Of a stretch of 64,000 bases of DNA, positions 61,155 to 64,000 are shown in pieces. Position numbers and translations under genes: made by a program. The notes beneath the pieces are model-generated. The model worked only from the letters and a program-made list of their open reading frames with translations. It had not been told where the DNA came from and made no database searches. Source of the DNA: Planctomycetaceae bacterium (lineage in GTDB: Bacteria > Planctomycetota > Planctomycetia > Pirellulales > UBA1268); NCBI GenBank assembly GCA_021300535.1, contig JAJTED010000003.1, positions 13,950 to 77,949 of the forward strand. The letters are read 5' to 3'. The stretch's first letter is position 1; each line of letters opens with the position of its first letter.

Positions 61155-62711
61155 TCACGACAGCCGCTCGCGGACGGCGTCGGCCTGGCGGCGGATCGCC
61201 CGCAGGTCGGCCGCATCCTTGCGGCCCACGTTCTTGAGCTGCATCGTCATTCGCTGATTCTTCGCCAGCAGCTTCTGGTGGCGGGCGAGAAAGTCCCAGT
61301 AGAGTGTCGTGAACGGGCAGGCGTCGGGGCCTGTGGACTGTTTGGGATCGTAGCGGCAGCCTTTGCAGGCGTTGCTCATGCGGTCGATGTAGGCGCCCGT
61401 GGCACAGTAGGGCTTGGAGGCCATCACGCCGCCATCGGCGAACTGGCTCATGCCGAGCGTGTTGGGGAGTTCCACCCACTCGACCGCGTCGACGTAGACG
61501 GCGAGATACCACTCGTGGACCCGCTGCGGCGCGACGCCGAAGAGGAGCGCAAACAGCCCCGTCACCATCAGCCGCTGGATGTGGTGGGCGTAGCCATATG
61601 CGAGCGTCTGCCCGACGGCATCCCGGAGACAGTTCATGTCGGTGTCGCCCGTCCAATACAGGTTCGGCAATGGCATTGCCGCGTTCAGCGCGTTGCGGTC
61701 GAGGTATTCCGGCATGAACTGCCAGTACACACCGCGGACATACTCCCGCCAGCCGATCACCTGGCGGATGAAGCCCTCGGCCGCCTCCAGCGGCGCTTTG
61801 CCTTGTCGCCAGGCCCGCTCCGCGCCGGCGACGACGTCGCGGGGGTCGAGGAGCTTCATGTTCATGGCCTGCGCGAGCCGCGAGTGGTAGAGCCAGGGCT
61901 CGCCGGTCCAGATCGCGTCTTGGTAGCGGCCGAAGAGGGGCAGCCGGTGCGACAGAAAATCGTCGAGTGCGGCCTGGGCGTCGGCGGGTGTCACCGGCCA
62001 GTCGAAGTGGGCGAGGCTGCCGGGGTGCTTGGCGAACCGGGCGTTCACGAGGTCGAGCACGCCGCGGGTGGTGGCGTCGGGCGCGAACCGTACCGGAGCA
62101 GGAAGTTTTCCCGGGCCAGTCTTCGGGAACGCGCCACGGTTCTCGGCGTCGTAGTTCCATTGGCCGCCGGCCGGCTCGCCGTCATCCATGAGCACGCCGA
62201 ACTTTTCCCGCAGCGGCCGGTAGAAGTATTCAAGCCGCAGCTGCTTGCGACCCGTGGCGTGCGCGGCGAACTCCTCACGCGAGGAAAAGAAGTGGCGGTC
62301 GGGCCGGATCTCAAGTGGAAGGCCGGCGGCCTGGGCCGCCGCGCGGAACGCCTCCTGCACCCGCCATTCGCCTGGTTCGACGACGACGAGTTTTTCGGGG
62401 CCGGCCTGCTCCTGCTTCAGGCGGGCCAGACTCGCGGCGAGGGCCGCGGCGAGCGTGCCCGGCTCCTGGGGCCGCGGCTGCGCGGCGAGCTCCGTGTAAT
62501 CGACAGCGATTCGCTCCTCGAGCAGGGCGTCGCGAAAATGCCGCATTGCCGCCAGGAAGACGGCGATCCGCGCCTTGTGCGACCAGACGTGCGTGCTTTC
62601 CTCGGCCACCTCCGCCATCCAGACGGTGTCGCGGGCCGCATCGAAGCCGTCGAAGGCGGCGCTCGAACGGTCGAGCTGGTCGCCGAGCACGATGACGAGA
62701 TGCCGCGGCAT
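61155..62711 (-). CDS. FeS-cluster cryptochrome/(6-4) photolyase (PhrB-like)
   Basis: [39 protein letters not shown]. Confidence 0.9.
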   Translation of the reverse strand: MPRHLVIVLGDQLDRSSAAFDGFDAARDTVWMAEVAEESTHVWSHKARIAVFLAAMRHFRDALLEERIAVDYTELAAQPRPQEPGTLAAALAASLARLKQEQAGPEKLVVVEPGEWRVQEAFRAAAQAAGLPLEIRPDRHFFSSREEFAAHATGRKQLRLEYFYRPLREKFGVLMDDGEPAGGQWNYDAENRGAFPKTGPGKLPAPVRFAPDATTRGVLDLVNARFAKHPGSLAHFDWPVTPADAQAALDDFLSHRLPLFGRYQDAIWTGEPWLYHSRLAQAMNMKLLDPRDVVAGAERAWRQGKAPLEAAEGFIRQVIGWREYVRGVYWQFMPEYLDRNALNAAMPLPNLYWTGDTDMNCLRDAVGQTLAYGYAHHIQRLMVTGLFALLFGVAPQRVHEWYLAVYVDAVEWVELPNTLGMSQFADGGVMASKPYCATGAYIDRMSNACKGCRYDPKQSTGPDACPFTTLYWDFLARHQKLLAKNQRMTMQLKNVGRKDAADLRAIRRQADAVRERLS

Positions 62712-62890
62712 GCGGACGAGCCCGGGGGGAGGAGGGAAGGGAAACCGGAGAACCGCGGTATGGTATGCCGCCGCCGGCGGGCACGAGTCGCCGCCGGTGG
62801 ATGCGGCAGGGTAGATGCTCGGGTTTTCGCGGGGATTTTCCGCAACCCAGGGCGCCTCGCCGGTGCCGCCAAAAAATTTTGGCCGACCGC

Positions 62891-62935
62891 TTGACGGGCG
62901 CGGAGGGCCTGTCTATCTTCTGCAACAGTGATGCA
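62891..62935 (+). promoter_or_regulatory. Sigma70 promoter followed by a TGCAAC-N3-GTTGCA-like operator
   Basis: TTGACG-17 bp-TATCTT then TGCAAC-AGT-GATGCA; similar boxes at 63107 and 63124. Confidence 0.6.
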
Positions 62936-63122
62936 AAAAGGCTCGAGGCGGTGTGCCGGGGCCCAAGCATCACGTCTTCGAGACTGCTCGTGAGCGCGTC
63001 CTGATCCGTGGTGCCCGGCGTCCCCGTTAGGGGAAGCGTGCGCCTCGTCGATCGTCGCCCGGCAGTTCCCCAGGTTCGGCCCACCGGATCAAGACCGCTC
63101 ATGTTTTGCAACCGGCTTGCAA

Positions 63123-63926
63123 ATGCAACACAAGTGCAATACCATCCGGGTGGTCCGTGGATTCACGCTCGTGGAGCTCCTGGTCGTGGTCGCCATCATC
63201 GGCACGCTCGTCGCCCTGCTCTTGCCGGCCGTGCAGTCGGTGCGGGCGGCCGCGCGGCGGACGCAGTGTGCCAGCAACATGCGGCAGGTCGCTCTCGGCG
63301 TCATCACCTACGCCGATGCCCACCGCGGCCGCTTTCCGTCCCGCACCCACACCGAGGACGTCTCCCGTCACCTGCATTGGATCCAGCAACTCGCCCCGTT
63401 CGTGGAGAGCGTCGACTCGATCAGGCTCTGCCCGGACGACCCGCTCGGCAGCGTGCGAATGAACGGGCTGCCGGGATCAGGTGTGGCCTTCGCCGATCCT
63501 CAGCATCCCGACCCGACGAAGCGGTTCACGCCACAGACCAGTTTTGTGGCCAATGGCTACCTGTCGTTCGATGATACGGTGCTCAACTCCAAGGGTGTCA
63601 ACAACCTCAACAAGATTCAGGCCCGCTCCAAGGCCGTGATGCTCTTCGAGAAGTATTCCGATCCGGCCGTAGTCGCCGATCGAACGAAACAGATCGATGA
63701 GTTGCTGGAGTCGCACTTCGATCACACTCACTCACCCGACTGGTTCCGCTGGTATCCATCGCGGAAGGATCGGGTGCTGCGAACTATCGCGGCTGACATT
63801 CAGGTCGACCGTCATGGCAATGGCGGGCACTTCGCCTACGCCGACGGTCACGTGGAGCTGGTGGCAGAGACACAGGTCAACGACTGGGTGAACGAGGGCT
63901 TCGAGTTCGCGAAGCCCAATCGGTGA
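63123..63926 (+). CDS. DUF1559 prepilin-type / H-X9-DG protein
   Basis: [48 protein letters not shown]; start uncertain. Confidence 0.9.
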   Translation: MQHKCNTIRVVRGFTLVELLVVVAIIGTLVALLLPAVQSVRAAARRTQCASNMRQVALGVITYADAHRGRFPSRTHTEDVSRHLHWIQQLAPFVESVDSIRLCPDDPLGSVRMNGLPGSGVAFADPQHPDPTKRFTPQTSFVANGYLSFDDTVLNSKGVNNLNKIQARSKAVMLFEKYSDPAVVADRTKQIDELLESHFDHTHSPDWFRWYPSRKDRVLRTIAADIQVDRHGNGGHFAYADGHVELVAETQVNDWVNEGFEFAKPNR

Positions 63927-64000
63927 CGGAACGACGGAAACGATTTATCACGAACGACGAAAGGTGACGCGATGCGCGGAATGAACACGGGTCCGGACGG

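Noticed and set aside
62940-63100. Cobalamin or other riboswitch in the DUF1559 leader
   Set aside because: I could not find the conserved B12-box or other aptamer motifs; an Rfam scan would settle it.

Overview
High-GC bacterial DNA, most likely Planctomycetota (DUF1559 prepilin/H-X9-DG protein, PEP-CTERM protein, PQQ-like propeller). The window has two halves split by a minus-strand tRNA-Asn(GTT) at 37877-37948. Right of the tRNA (38-64 kb) is mostly housekeeping: anti-sigma/STAS, groES-groEL, feoAB, bioD, GH57, galT, ahpC, dgkA, aqpZ, hisI, rmlBDAC, queD, hemB, mog, cysNC-cysD, an FeS photolyase and DUF1559. Left of the tRNA (about 1.5-37.9 kb, downstream of its 3' end) is an accessory array. 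The last 14-18 bp of the tRNA (CTCCCCGAGTAGGA[TTCG] on +) recur seven more times, plus one degenerate copy. Each copy sits in the same composite site: 10-bp-phased TGCG boxes (clear at six of the eight), the core, a paired 12-bp-period repeat starting 64-65 bp from the core start, then 10-bp-phased CGCA boxes. These sites cut the region into units of 0.9-9.5 kb carrying toxin-antitoxin modules (MNT-HEPN, DUF4160-DUF2442) and unrelated cargo: a sulfide-oxidation cluster with a cytochrome bd-like oxidase, a DUF1254 pair, LytS/LytTR with a PEP-CTERM protein, a heme-LRR protein, an H-NOX kinase and a DMFase-like protein. No intact integrase is present, only a decayed tyrosine-recombinase remnant. 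The best candidate for a novel system is this integron-like, tRNA-anchored array of integrase-less cassettes. All calls come from reading the sequence and ORF translations by eye; no searches were run.
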